Shown in pieces: positions 1 through 9,330 of a stretch of DNA of 64,000 nt. Source of the DNA: Methylophaga sp. 42_25_T18 (GTDB lineage: Bacteria > Pseudomonadota > Gammaproteobacteria > Nitrosococcales > Methylophagaceae); NCBI GenBank assembly GCA_002163085.1, contig MAAJ01000002.1, positions 22,367-86,366 of the forward strand. The letters are read 5' to 3'. The notes under the pieces are model-generated. The model was not told where the DNA came from and did not search any database. It saw only the letters and a program-made list of their open reading frames with translations. Each line of letters begins with the position of its first letter. Position 1 is the first letter of the stretch. The position numbers were made by a program, and so were the translations under genes.

Positions 1-1
1 A

Positions 2-364
2 GGCGATGAAGCTTTGGTACGTCACGCTCAAGAGAACGCAACTAAAAATGCATTAAATAATGCCATCTTTGAGCAAGCCGATTTAACTCAAACAGAATTG
101 AAAGATTATCCCTGGGCCAAAACTGGTTTTAACAAAATCTTATTAGATCCACCACGTAGTGGTGCGTTTGAAGTATTACATCAACTTGCCGATTTAGGTG
201 CAGAACGTTTGGTCTATGTTTCTTGTAACCCAGCGACTCTCGCGCGCGATGCAGGTGAGTTGGTCAATAACCATGGTTATACCTTGGTATCTACTGGCGT
301 GATGGATATGTTCCCCCATACTAAACATGTTGAATCAATAGCCTTGTTTGTTAAAAATGACTGA
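2..364 (+). CDS. rlmD: 23S rRNA (uracil-5-)-methyltransferase RlmD/RumA, C-terminal part (5' end outside window)
   Basis: ORF is open to the window edge. SAM-MTase motifs [22 protein letters not shown] and [11 protein letters not shown] are typical of the RumA family. Confidence 0.85.
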   Translation, partial: GDEALVRHAQENATKNALNNAIFEQADLTQTELKDYPWAKTGFNKILLDPPRSGAFEVLHQLADLGAERLVYVSCNPATLARDAGELVNNHGYTLVSTGVMDMFPHTKHVESIALFVKND

Positions 365-505
365 TTAGTACCAAAGTACTATTGACGCGACTATCGATTT
401 ACTCTAGCTTTAATCGTTCGGACTAAATAGTGCTTATTGAGTTCGTGGGTATTTTAAATTAATTTAAGCCAAGCTCGGTGTGAACTGGGTACGGAAAGCC
501 ACAGG

Positions 506-523
506 TCTTTAGTCGACTAAAGA
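506..523. promoter_or_regulatory. 18-bp perfect palindrome TCTTTAGTCGACTAAAGA upstream of the PEP-CTERM protein gene (candidate operator)
   Basis: Read directly: the 9-bp arms are exact reverse complements. It lies about 35 nt upstream of the start codon. Confidence 0.4.
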
Positions 524-558
524 TGGCTGGGTTGCATTTTCGAGAAAGGAAAATGTAT

Positions 559-1176
559 ATGAATAGGAATAAATTTTTAGTGTTGCTGGCAGCTGTTCTG
601 CTGTCATTTCAAACACAGGCTGCACTAGTAAGTGGCCCAGATATTATTGGTGCCGTCAGCGTGCAAGAAGATAGCCCAACCAACAACCATCAACAAGCAT
701 TCAATGAAAACCAATCTGTTTTTTTAACGAGTGCAATTAATGTAGATGGCGGCACTATTGCAGCCGGACAAACTGTAGATAGTCATCTTATCTTTTTAAA
801 CTCTAAAGGCAATACACGCGTTGATGATCGCCAAACATGGGGCTTTGATGGCATCATCTTAGGAGTGATGTCAAATAAGAGTGGTAGTTTGATGGGTGCA
901 ACGAATGGTTTGTTTGCTGCATTTAATGACTATTTTACAACGGGAAGTAGTTTACCATTTAATGCCGCAGGTTTAGAGTCAAATAATATTGCCAGTGGTG
1001 ATGGGTATATCATCAATGGCTTATTATTAGATCTTCGCATGGTGGTGACTGAACCAGGTGATTGGATTCGTGTGATTACCGCTTCAGCAGTGCCAGTACC
1101 GGCGGCACTATTTTTATTTGGACCTGCACTTTTAGGGTTTATTGGTCTGCGTAGAAAAGCAAAATTGTCAGCATAG
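559..1176 (+). CDS. Secreted PEP-CTERM (VPVP variant) sorting-domain protein
   Basis: N-terminal signal peptide MNRNKFLVLLAAVLLSFQTQA. C-terminus is VPVPAALFLFGPALLGFIGLRRK (motif, TM helix, basic tail). AGGA lies 8 nt upstream of the ATG at 559; an alternative ATG is at 553. Confidence 0.7.
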   Translation: MNRNKFLVLLAAVLLSFQTQAALVSGPDIIGAVSVQEDSPTNNHQQAFNENQSVFLTSAINVDGGTIAAGQTVDSHLIFLNSKGNTRVDDRQTWGFDGIILGVMSNKSGSLMGATNGLFAAFNDYFTTGSSLPFNAAGLESNNIASGDGYIINGLLLDLRMVVTEPGDWIRVITASAVPVPAALFLFGPALLGFIGLRRKAKLSA

Positions 1177-1252
1177 TTAAATATTAAGCTATGATGTGAG
1201 AAGCTGTGTTGGGCAACCAATACGGCTTTTTATTTGTCAGAAAAAGTGTGAT

Positions 1253-2356
1253 ATGAAAGAGAATCTTGGCCAAGATGCAGTTCGACACATTGCAGATATA
1301 TTGTCCGTTTCTATGGACAGGTTTGATAAAGGTTCATTTATAAAAGATGCCTTGGCTGGGCTGGATGAGTTAGAACTTAAACAACGAGTCAATCATTTGA
1401 TTAAAGTCTTAGCACTATATCTGCCAGATGAGTTCGAAAAAACTTTCGAGGTGTTAAAGGCTGTTAAAGGCAATTGGCACAAACCGGAAGGTGGAGACAA
1501 TTGGTTTAGCTTTGCTGCTTGGCCATTGATTGATTATGTGGCTGAATATGGAACTAATGATCCAGAAATAGCATTAGACGTTTTAAAAACGCTTACCCCT
1601 TTATTCTCAGCTGAGTTTGCAATCCGCACCTTTATTGATCAGCACTTTGACCTTACCTACAAGCAATTATTACTTTGGGCGGAAGATGAGGACGAACATG
1701 TTAGACGTTTGGCCTCTGAAGGCATGCGGCCTCGATTACCTTGGGGTAAACAATTAACCCAGTTTTGTGATGATCCGACAGCGATATTTCCGATTTTAGA
1801 ACGCTTGAAGGATGATGTCAGTCTGTATGTGCGTAAGTCTGTGGCTAATAACCTTAATGACATAAGTAAAGACCATCCAAAGCAAGTGGTTGCCTTATGC
1901 CAATGCTGGTACGACAATGCGTCGGCTGACAGGTTGTGGATTATTCGGCATGCTTTAAGAACGTTAATTAAATCTGGTCATCCTGAAGTCTTTTCGTTAT
2001 TAGGTTATACGGCTGAACCGCAAGTGAACTTACAAAAAATTGACTTGGATAAAGCAGTAATAGAGCTCGGGGACAATGTTGCAATAACAGTGAATTTGTT
2101 TTCTAAATCGTCACAAATACAGAAAATGGTGGTGGATTATAAAATTCATCATGTTAAAGCTAATGGCAAAACAACGGCTAAAGTCTTTAAATGGAAGAAT
2201 ATTACGTTGAGATCAAACGAAGAATTACAGATGGTTAAACGACATTCTTTTAAGCCCATATCAACACGGAAATATTATTCAGGTACACATCAGATTGAGC
2301 TGTTAATTAATGGGCAGCCGTATGGCAAAAAAGAGTTTGAATTAATTGTGGAGTGA
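1253..2356 (+). CDS. DNA alkylation repair protein (AlkC/AlkD-like HEAT-repeat family, COG4335-like)
   Basis: Contains VRRLASEGMRPRLPWG and VRKSVANNLNDISKDHP, characteristic of this family. Start placed at MKENLG. Confidence 0.7.
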   Translation: MKENLGQDAVRHIADILSVSMDRFDKGSFIKDALAGLDELELKQRVNHLIKVLALYLPDEFEKTFEVLKAVKGNWHKPEGGDNWFSFAAWPLIDYVAEYGTNDPEIALDVLKTLTPLFSAEFAIRTFIDQHFDLTYKQLLLWAEDEDEHVRRLASEGMRPRLPWGKQLTQFCDDPTAIFPILERLKDDVSLYVRKSVANNLNDISKDHPKQVVALCQCWYDNASADRLWIIRHALRTLIKSGHPEVFSLLGYTAEPQVNLQKIDLDKAVIELGDNVAITVNLFSKSSQIQKMVVDYKIHHVKANGKTTAKVFKWKNITLRSNEELQMVKRHSFKPISTRKYYSGTHQIELLINGQPYGKKEFELIVE

Positions 2357-4747
2357 TTGCTCCATGTCATAAACGACTTGGGTCATTTCAACCACGCTAT
2401 CCGGGTTTAAAGAAATCGAATCGATGCCATTTTTGACGAGAAACTCAGTGATTTCAGGAAAGTCGGATGCTGCTTGGCCACAAATCCCTACATATTTCCT
2501 CGCCTTTCGACAGGCTGCGATTGCCATACTAATAAGTTTTAATACAGCCTCATTACGTTCATCATAGTTATGCAACAGGCTGGAATCGCGATCGGCACCG
2601 AGTGTGAGCTGAGTGAGATCATTCGAGCCGATTGAAAATCCATCACACAATTCCAGAAACTGCTCCGCTAGTAAAACATTAGCTGGAATTTCACACATCA
2701 AATATAGTTTTAAGCCGCCGTCCCTTCGTTTAAGATTATGTTCAGCCATTTTTTTTATTACCCGTCGACCTTCATCAACAGTCCGAACAAAAGGAATCAT
2801 TACCGCAATATTATCTAGGCCCATGGTATCGCGTACTAAGTTAAGCGCGATGCATTCTAGTGAAAATGCATCAGTAAATGCAGGACTAGGATAGCGCGCC
2901 GCACCACGAAAACCGATCATAGGGTTTTCTTCTACGGGTTCATATAAATCGCCACCAACCAGGGCGGCATATTCATTAGATTTGAAGTCACTTAGTCGGA
3001 CAATAACGGGCTTGGGATAAAAGGCAGCCGCGATGGTAGCAATGCCTTCTGCTAAACGTTGTACATAAAACTCGGTATGACTGGCATAACCGGAGGTTAT
3101 GCCCGCTATTTTCTGTTGTAGCTTAGCTGGCAGGTGTTCATAGTTAATTAAGGCATTAGGATGAATGCGAATACTATTATTAATAATAAATTCTATTCTA
3201 GCTAAGCCGACACCCTCATTGGGTAACATGCTGGTGGAAAAAGCTATTTCAGGGTTCGCTAGATTCAACATGATCTGGGTATGTTGTGGTCGTGGAATGG
3301 TCGTCATATCAATATGATCAATATGATAAGGTTGGCGACCTTTATAGACGAAGCCGGTATCACCTTGACAGCATGATACCGTTACCGTAGCAGCAGAATG
3401 TAATATTTGCGTCGCATGATTTGTTCCTACTATTGCCGGGATACCTAATTCACGCGCGACGATCGCAGCATGACACGTTCGGCCTCCACGATTTGTGACA
3501 ATCGCGCCTGCAATCTTCATCACCGGTTCCCAATCAGGATCGGTAATATCGGTGACCAAGATTTCCCCTGGTTTTAATTCATGCATTTGGCTAGGTTCTA
3601 GAATGATACGTACTTTGCCTGCCGCCACTTTTCTGCCGATGCTTTTTCCTTGAATTAAAATCTCTGACTGGCCATCTAATACATGATTTTCTAAGGCATG
3701 AAGCGGTTTTGTTGCTTCAACAGTTTCAGGTCGGGCTTGAACAATATAGATCTCATTCGTATTACCATCTTTGGCCCATTCGATATCCATAGGCATTTGA
3801 TAGCCGGCTTTCTGACTGTAATGCTGTTCGATAGTGACTGCTATTTTGGCTAGGTGCAATACTTCATCATCGCTAAGGCAGAAACGAGATTGTTGTTCAC
3901 GACTAGTTTTTATATTACGGGTAGACCCCATATGGGTATGACCTTCAGCATAAATCATTTTGACTTTTTTACTACCCAGCTGTTTTTTTAAGATAGGACG
4001 ATAACCGGAAATTAGAGTGGGTTTAAAGACATAAAACTCATCGGGATTAACCATGCCTTGCACAATGTTTTCACCTAATCCCCATGAAGCGGTGATCAAA
4101 ACAACATCACGGAAACCTGTTTCGGTATCCAATGTAAACAATACACCTGAACATGATTTATCCGAACGCACCATTTTTTGCACACCAATAGATAAGGCTA
4201 CGGCCATATGAGCAAAACCTTTATCCACACGATAGGAAATGGCGCGATTGGTAAACAGTGAAGCAAAGATGTGACGGCAACTATGGATTAATTCAACGTA
4301 ACCACTGATATTAAGATGGGTTTCTTGTTGGCCAGCAAAGGAGGCATCGGGCAGATCTTCGGCGGTACCCGAACTGCGTACGGCAACATCAACGCCATCA
4401 CCATACTCCTGTTCTAACTGTTGGTAGGCGAGATGGATCTCTTTGAGTAAGTCATCCGGCAGTGTGGCATTGCTGATCCACTGACGAATTTTTTCTCCCG
4501 TTTTGGCTAAGGCCTTAGTATCGTGAATATCAAGGCCACTCAATGCTTCTGCTATCGGCGTTTCAAGTTGATTGTGCCGTAAGAAGTAATGATAGGCTTC
4601 TGCCGTGGTTGCAAAGCCATTGGGCACTTTGACTCCTTGAGCGGCTAGTTGTTGATACATTTCACCTAAGGATGCATTTTTTCCACCAACACTGGCTACA
4701 TCATCAATGCCGATGTCAGAGAAAAAATGTATGTACTTAAACGTCAT
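2342..4747 (-). CDS. ppsA: Phosphoenolpyruvate synthase
   Basis: 801 aa, full length. Has N-terminal VGGKNASLGEM, phospho-His region GGRTCHAAIVARELGIP and a PEP-utilizer C-terminal TIM domain. AAGGA RBS present. Confidence 0.95.
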   Translation of the reverse strand: MTFKYIHFFSDIGIDDVASVGGKNASLGEMYQQLAAQGVKVPNGFATTAEAYHYFLRHNQLETPIAEALSGLDIHDTKALAKTGEKIRQWISNATLPDDLLKEIHLAYQQLEQEYGDGVDVAVRSSGTAEDLPDASFAGQQETHLNISGYVELIHSCRHIFASLFTNRAISYRVDKGFAHMAVALSIGVQKMVRSDKSCSGVLFTLDTETGFRDVVLITASWGLGENIVQGMVNPDEFYVFKPTLISGYRPILKKQLGSKKVKMIYAEGHTHMGSTRNIKTSREQQSRFCLSDDEVLHLAKIAVTIEQHYSQKAGYQMPMDIEWAKDGNTNEIYIVQARPETVEATKPLHALENHVLDGQSEILIQGKSIGRKVAAGKVRIILEPSQMHELKPGEILVTDITDPDWEPVMKIAGAIVTNRGGRTCHAAIVARELGIPAIVGTNHATQILHSAATVTVSCCQGDTGFVYKGRQPYHIDHIDMTTIPRPQHTQIMLNLANPEIAFSTSMLPNEGVGLARIEFIINNSIRIHPNALINYEHLPAKLQQKIAGITSGYASHTEFYVQRLAEGIATIAAAFYPKPVIVRLSDFKSNEYAALVGGDLYEPVEENPMIGFRGAARYPSPAFTDAFSLECIALNLVRDTMGLDNIAVMIPFVRTVDEGRRVIKKMAEHNLKRRDGGLKLYLMCEIPANVLLAEQFLELCDGFSIGSNDLTQLTLGADRDSSLLHNYDERNEAVLKLISMAIAACRKARKYVGICGQAASDFPEITEFLVKNGIDSISLNPDSVVEMTQVVYDMEQSLHN

Positions 4748-4821
4748 TCAACTGTCCTTAGTTTAAGGAGCTAATACCGTGATGCTATGCCACAGAAATT
4801 GATCTGGCAATAAATAAGCAT

Positions 4822-4849
4822 AAAAAAGCCGCTTATCGAAAGATAAACG
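4822..4849 (-). terminator. Rho-independent terminator after small ORF 4880-4984
   Basis: Minus-strand reading is CGTTTATC-tttc-GATAAGCG followed by GCTTTTTT. Confidence 0.45.
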
Positions 4850-4879
4850 ACCTTCATGCTGGCAAACTAAAATGGACTT

Positions 4880-4984
4880 TTATGACAGGATTAAACCGTA
4901 AGCAACTAAGCCGATCCACATAATGGCAAAGATGATGATGATTTCCGTAAAATGATTAACAATGAACTTTTCTAAAAATTCCAT
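4880..4984 (-). CDS. 34-aa hydrophobic mini-protein (MEFLEKFIVNHFTEIIIIFAIMWIGLVAYGLILS), paralog 1
   Basis: Hand-translated; below the ORF-track size cutoff. GGGGGA RBS lies 5 nt upstream of the ATG. Has its own terminator and one predicted TM helix. About 59% identical to the neighbouring copy. Confidence 0.5.
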   Translation of the reverse strand: MEFLEKFIVNHFTEIIIIFAIMWIGLVAYGLILS

Positions 4985-5090
4985 GCTATCCCCCGAGCTG
5001 GTTTGATTAAGTTATTTGTACAACTCAATCATCGTTCATCTGGGAGTATTAGACATTGATCTGGATCAAGGATGGTTTTGTTTTAGATAC

Positions 5091-5120
5091 AAAAAAGCCA
5101 GTCATTGAGACTGGCTTTTT
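5091..5120. terminator. Bidirectional-looking intrinsic terminator hairpin
   Basis: AAAAAAGCCAGTC-attga-GACTGGCTTTTT, a perfect 8-bp stem flanked by an A-run and a T-run. Confidence 0.6.
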
Positions 5121-5139
5121 AATGAAGAAATTAGTTTTT

Positions 5140-5244
5140 TTAAGAAAAAATCAATCCATAGGCAATTAAGGCGAACCAAAATGCTGCAAATGAAAAAATG
5201 ATGAAAGGAAACTGTTCAACAACAAATTTTTCTAGTTTTTCCAT
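5140..5244 (-). CDS. 34-aa hydrophobic mini-protein (MEKLEKFVVEQFPFIIFSFAAFWFALIAYGLIFS), paralog 2
   Basis: Hand-translated. Same length and the same MExLEKF...AYGLIxS frame as 4880-4984. Followed by the terminator at 5091-5120. Confidence 0.5.
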   Translation of the reverse strand: MEKLEKFVVEQFPFIIFSFAAFWFALIAYGLIFS

Positions 5245-5314
5245 GATGTTTTCTCTTACTTTTTAAATATAGTTTTTTACGAAATTTGAGCTAACAATAG
5301 CAGTTACGGCGCTA

Positions 5315-6844
5315 TTATGCCAATTTATCATCGGCAATATGGTAGTGAGGATCTTCCAAAACATTGACCTCAATAAGACTCTCAGCATTTTTCAATAGCA
5401 GTTTACATTCATCACTTAAGTGACGTAGATGTAGTTTTTTCTCTGCTTTGATATAACGCTCGGCAAGACTATCAATGGCTTCGATTGCCGAGTGGTCATA
5501 AACACGCGAATTTTTGAAATCTAGGATCACGTCGTTAGGATCTAATTTCGGGTCAAATAATTCTGCGAAGTTGCGAACCGAACCAAAAAACAAGGGGCCA
5601 TTCAATTCATGCACCATCGAACCTTGCTCATTCACCGCACTGTTAATATAAATATGCTTGGCATGTTGCCATGCGAATACAAGGGCGGAAATAATAATAC
5701 CGACGATTACGGCAATCGCTAGATCGGTGAATACGGTGATTACAGCCACAGATATACCGATCAAAGTATCAGATAAGGGTATACGGCCAAGTAGGCGGAA
5801 GCTAGCCCACTCAAAGGTACCTAATACCACCATAAACATAACCCCTGTTAAGGCGGCTATGGGAATCAACTCGATAAGCGGTGAGGCAACTAAAATAAAG
5901 AATAATAAAAAGAGGGCGGCCGATAAACCCGATAAGCGGCCACGACCACCAGAATTAATATTGATCATGCTTTGACCAATCATCGCACAACCACCCATGC
6001 CACCAAAAAATCCAGTGACGGTATTGGCAACGCCTTGAGCGACACATTCCTTATTAGGTCGGCCGGTAGTTTCGGTCATTTCATCAATTAAGGTTAAAGT
6101 TAATAACGATTCAATCAAACCAATCAGGGCCAAGATGAAGGCATAGGGGGCAATAATGACTAAGGTTTCCCAGTTTAATGGCACAGTGGGAATACTAAAT
6201 TCAGGAAAACCACCGGCAATGGAAGCAATATCGCCCACTGAGCGAATATCCAAATCAAGACCAATAGCCAGTAAAGATACGACAAGAATGGCAGCAAGAG
6301 AGGAAGGTACAGCCTTAGTTAATTTTGGTAAAAACTGACTAATAAACATGGTCAGACCGACCAATGCCAACATGGTCCATAAGGGGTTACCGGTTAACCA
6401 TTGTTCGACACCGTTACCATCTTCAACCTTGAATGATTTTAATTGTGCCAAGAAAATCACCAGAGCCAAACCATTAACAAAACCCAGCATTACGGGGTGG
6501 GGCACCATACGAATAAATTTCCCTAGGTGGAATGTTCCAGCCAGAATTTGGAATATTCCCATTAATACCACGGTAGCAAATAGATATTGCACACCATGTT
6601 GAGCGACCAAGGCGACCATGACAACCGCTAAGGCGCCAGTCGCACCGGAGATCATGCCCGGACGTCCGCCGATAACAGCGGTAATTAAACCAACAAGGAA
6701 GGCAGCATAAAGGCCGACTAAGGGTTCAACACCAGCAACAAAAGCAAAAGCAACGGCTTCCGGCACTAATGCGAGGGCGACAGTTAAACCGGATAACACG
6801 TCGTTTTTGACGTTGCTCGGTCTTTGGGTAAGAAGAGTAAACAT
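5315..6844 (-). CDS. SulP family inorganic anion transporter with C-terminal STAS domain
   Basis: 509 aa, polytopic membrane protein. N-terminal [20 protein letters not shown] motif; C-terminal STAS-like region (LNGPLFFGS...[18 protein letters not shown]). Confidence 0.9.
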   Translation of the reverse strand: MFTLLTQRPSNVKNDVLSGLTVALALVPEAVAFAFVAGVEPLVGLYAAFLVGLITAVIGGRPGMISGATGALAVVMVALVAQHGVQYLFATVVLMGIFQILAGTFHLGKFIRMVPHPVMLGFVNGLALVIFLAQLKSFKVEDGNGVEQWLTGNPLWTMLALVGLTMFISQFLPKLTKAVPSSLAAILVVSLLAIGLDLDIRSVGDIASIAGGFPEFSIPTVPLNWETLVIIAPYAFILALIGLIESLLTLTLIDEMTETTGRPNKECVAQGVANTVTGFFGGMGGCAMIGQSMININSGGRGRLSGLSAALFLLFFILVASPLIELIPIAALTGVMFMVVLGTFEWASFRLLGRIPLSDTLIGISVAVITVFTDLAIAVIVGIIISALVFAWQHAKHIYINSAVNEQGSMVHELNGPLFFGSVRNFAELFDPKLDPNDVILDFKNSRVYDHSAIEAIDSLAERYIKAEKKLHLRHLSDECKLLLKNAESLIEVNVLEDPHYHIADDKLA

Positions 6845-7072
6845 GTAATACCTTGAGGCTTAATGATTGGGCAAAAATGGCTGAGCTTGCTTGGCGATAA
6901 CCACATGACTTGAATATTTAACGTTGCACTGATGCTTCATCAGTAACGTAGAGTCTTGTCGATAACGGGAACACTAGAATAGCTCGCAGAGATGGGCGCT
7001 AATTATCCTTATTTACACGGTGAAAGTCCAGCTGGTGGAGCGAGGCAATGGATATTGTCACAAATTTGTCAC

Positions 7073-7095
7073 TTACCCACAAAATCTGTGGATAA
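7073..7095. promoter_or_regulatory. Converging pair of DnaA-box-like 9-mers (TTACCCACA and TGTGGATAA)
   Basis: TGTGGATAA is the exact reverse complement of consensus TTATCCACA. TTACCCACA has one mismatch. The two are 5 nt apart in the sulP/lexA intergenic region. Confidence 0.4.
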
Positions 7096-7387
7096 GTCTG
7101 TGAGTAATTGGCAGAGAACTCGCTAAGTCATTCTTTAATAATGTCAGTCGAAAGATTGGTCAATAAATGACCAGAAATTAATAGTTTATAAAAATCAGCA
7201 TGTTAGAGGTATTTTTAGCTGTTTCAATAACTTAGCGCAAATGTCTCACCTTGGGTTTGAGCTTTAATTGTAGGAGGTGCATAACTTGATAAATGCTTAC
7301 TCACTGTTAACACCATGTTATGCATGGTTATGAATAAATAAAGCATGGTTATTTGATGTCTATTTATCGTTAAGTTTAAGTAAATAC

Positions 7388-7416
7388 TTGCAGAGAATAA
7401 TTTTATTCTCTATATT
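7388..7416 (+). promoter_or_regulatory. Predicted sigma70 promoter (TTGCAG-17 nt-TATATT) overlapped by palindrome AGAGAATAA-TT-TTATTCTCT (7392-7411), a candidate LexA-type operator
   Basis: Read directly: the 9-bp arms are exact reverse complements and fill the -35/-10 spacer about 45 nt upstream of lexA. Confidence 0.5.
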
Positions 7417-7455
7417 TTCTCTTCTCACATTGTTCTCACTAGAGAGGAGGAGATA

Positions 7456-8073
7456 ATGCTTACTGAACGTCAACAAGATACTTTGGACTTTATCCGTAAC
7501 TATATTCAAAGTCATGGACGCTCACCCTTAGTAGCTGAAATCGCAAAAGGACTAGGCATCAGTTCACAAGGTACAACACACCGTTATATTCAAGCCTTGG
7601 TTGATGCAGGGCTGATGGAACGTCATGTTGGTAGAACGCGTGGTCTGGTTTTGGTTAAACAATCTGCGGAACAGCAAAATGAACTAACACAGCCGGTGAT
7701 ATTGCCAGTGATGGGAAAGATTGCTGCTGGTCGTTTGATTGAAGCCGTCGCCGATGAGACCGAAATTGATTTAAGTGAAATGTTTTCGGGTAAGGACCGT
7801 TTTGTGCTTAAGGTTAATGGTGACTCGATGATTGATAAAGCCATCATGTCGGGTGACTGGGTAGTGGTGCAATCACAACCGCGGGCACGCCATGGTGAAA
7901 TCGTTGTTGCTTTAGTTGATGGTTATGATGCCACCTTAAAAACATTATTAATTAATGATGATGGCACGGTGACGTTGATGCCTGCTAATGCTGATTATGA
8001 ACCGATTACATTGTCATCAGAGCGTGTCAGAATACAGGGCATTGTGGTTGGCCAATTACGTACCTATCCTTAA
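7456..8073 (+). CDS. lexA: LexA-family repressor (S24 autopeptidase) with divergent DNA-recognition helix
   Basis: 205 aa. Has an Ala-Gly cleavage site (KIAAGRLIE), Ser in GDSM and Lys in LKTL. The wHTH region reads SSQGTTHRYIQAL, against the SPNAAEEHLKAL I recall for E. coli. Confidence 0.85.
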   Translation: MLTERQQDTLDFIRNYIQSHGRSPLVAEIAKGLGISSQGTTHRYIQALVDAGLMERHVGRTRGLVLVKQSAEQQNELTQPVILPVMGKIAAGRLIEAVADETEIDLSEMFSGKDRFVLKVNGDSMIDKAIMSGDWVVVQSQPRARHGEIVVALVDGYDATLKTLLINDDGTVTLMPANADYEPITLSSERVRIQGIVVGQLRTYP

Positions 8074-8085
8074 GCAGTAGTTGAT

Positions 8086-9321
8086 ATGAAGGACTTGCAA
8101 TCATGGCCACGTATGATCGCCTTGGTGGACATGAATTGTTTTTTTGCAGCGATAGAACAGCAAGATCATTCTGACTGGCAAAAGAAACCGGTGGCGGTGA
8201 CGAATGGCCGCTTGGGTACCACTATTATTACCTCGTCTTATGAGGCGAGAGCATACGGTATTAAAACTGGCATGCGGTTAAAACAAGCCAGACTATTGTG
8301 CCCTCATCTGATTCAGGTGCCTTCTAGGCCGTATCGGTATGCTGATATTTCAACAAAAATCATGGCATCATTGCTTAATATCACGCCAGATATTGAGGTT
8401 TACAGTGTGGATGAAGCCTTTCTTGATTTGACGCATTGCCAACATTTGTATCATAGCCCGTTGGATATCGGCCAGAAAATCAAACAGCAAGTGAATAAAG
8501 CTTCTTTAGGTTTAAGTTGTTCTGTTGGCATTAGCGGCGATAAAACAACCGCGAAGTTTGCTGCTAAAAAACATAAACCGGATGGACTGACGATTATTCA
8601 TCCCGATAATGCTGAAGCAATACTTGCTGAAGAAGTTATCACTGAGCTAAGCGGTATCAATAAAGGTGTGGCCGGTTTTCTCAAACAATATCAAGTGACG
8701 CATTGTAAACACATGAAACAGATTCCGATCAGTATATTGGCGAAACGTTATGGCAATCTAGGTCGGCGTATCTGGTTAATGGCACAAGGTAAAGATCCGG
8801 AACCATTGCTAACAGAAGTCAAACCACCTAAAACGATAGGTCATGGCAAAGTCATGCCACCTGAAACCAAAGATAGACAGATTATTCTGACTTACTTTCA
8901 ACATATGGCGGAGAAGGTAGCAGCCAGGTTACGACAGCATCATTATCAGGCCAATCATTTTTTTATAGGTTTAAAAACTCAGCATGGCTGGTTAAAAAAT
9001 AAGGCAAGCACTGTTTTTTTTACTGATGATGGCCGAGAAATCTATCGTCTATGTCAGCAGTTTATTCAGTTTTTTTGGCAAGGGCAGGGAGTGTGGCAAG
9101 TCCAGGTGACGGCATTAAATCCACAACGTTTTATACAGCAGGACTTATTTGGTGAGCTTGAAATCGGCCAGCAACGTGGTGAACTTAACCATGCGATAGA
9201 TGATGTGAATAATCGTTATGGTGAATTTACCTTAGCACCAGCACGGTTGATGAAACGCTCAACCATGCCTAATGTGATTGCACCAGCATGGAAACCAACT
9301 GGGCATCGGAAAACAGTTTAA
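8086..9321 (+). CDS. dinB: Y-family DNA polymerase (Pol IV/DinB-like)
   Basis: 411 aa with VDMNCFFAAIEQ and SVDEAFLDLT catalytic motifs. Starts 12 nt after the lexA stop, so likely one operon. Confidence 0.8.
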   Translation: MKDLQSWPRMIALVDMNCFFAAIEQQDHSDWQKKPVAVTNGRLGTTIITSSYEARAYGIKTGMRLKQARLLCPHLIQVPSRPYRYADISTKIMASLLNITPDIEVYSVDEAFLDLTHCQHLYHSPLDIGQKIKQQVNKASLGLSCSVGISGDKTTAKFAAKKHKPDGLTIIHPDNAEAILAEEVITELSGINKGVAGFLKQYQVTHCKHMKQIPISILAKRYGNLGRRIWLMAQGKDPEPLLTEVKPPKTIGHGKVMPPETKDRQIILTYFQHMAEKVAARLRQHHYQANHFFIGLKTQHGWLKNKASTVFFTDDGREIYRLCQQFIQFFWQGQGVWQVQVTALNPQRFIQQDLFGELEIGQQRGELNHAIDDVNNRYGEFTLAPARLMKRSTMPNVIAPAWKPTGHRKTV

Positions 9322-9330
9322 TGAAAACGG

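Noticed and set aside
7019-7029. GGTGAAAGTCC resembling part of a cobalamin riboswitch core, upstream of sulP and lexA
   Set aside because: Only this short element matches. I found no B12 box (GCCACTG-like) and no surrounding conserved helices, so it is most likely chance.
7073-7095. DnaA box pair as a replication origin
   Set aside because: There are only two boxes, with no AT-rich unwinding repeats and no dnaA/dnaN/gidA context. It is kept only as a possible regulatory site.
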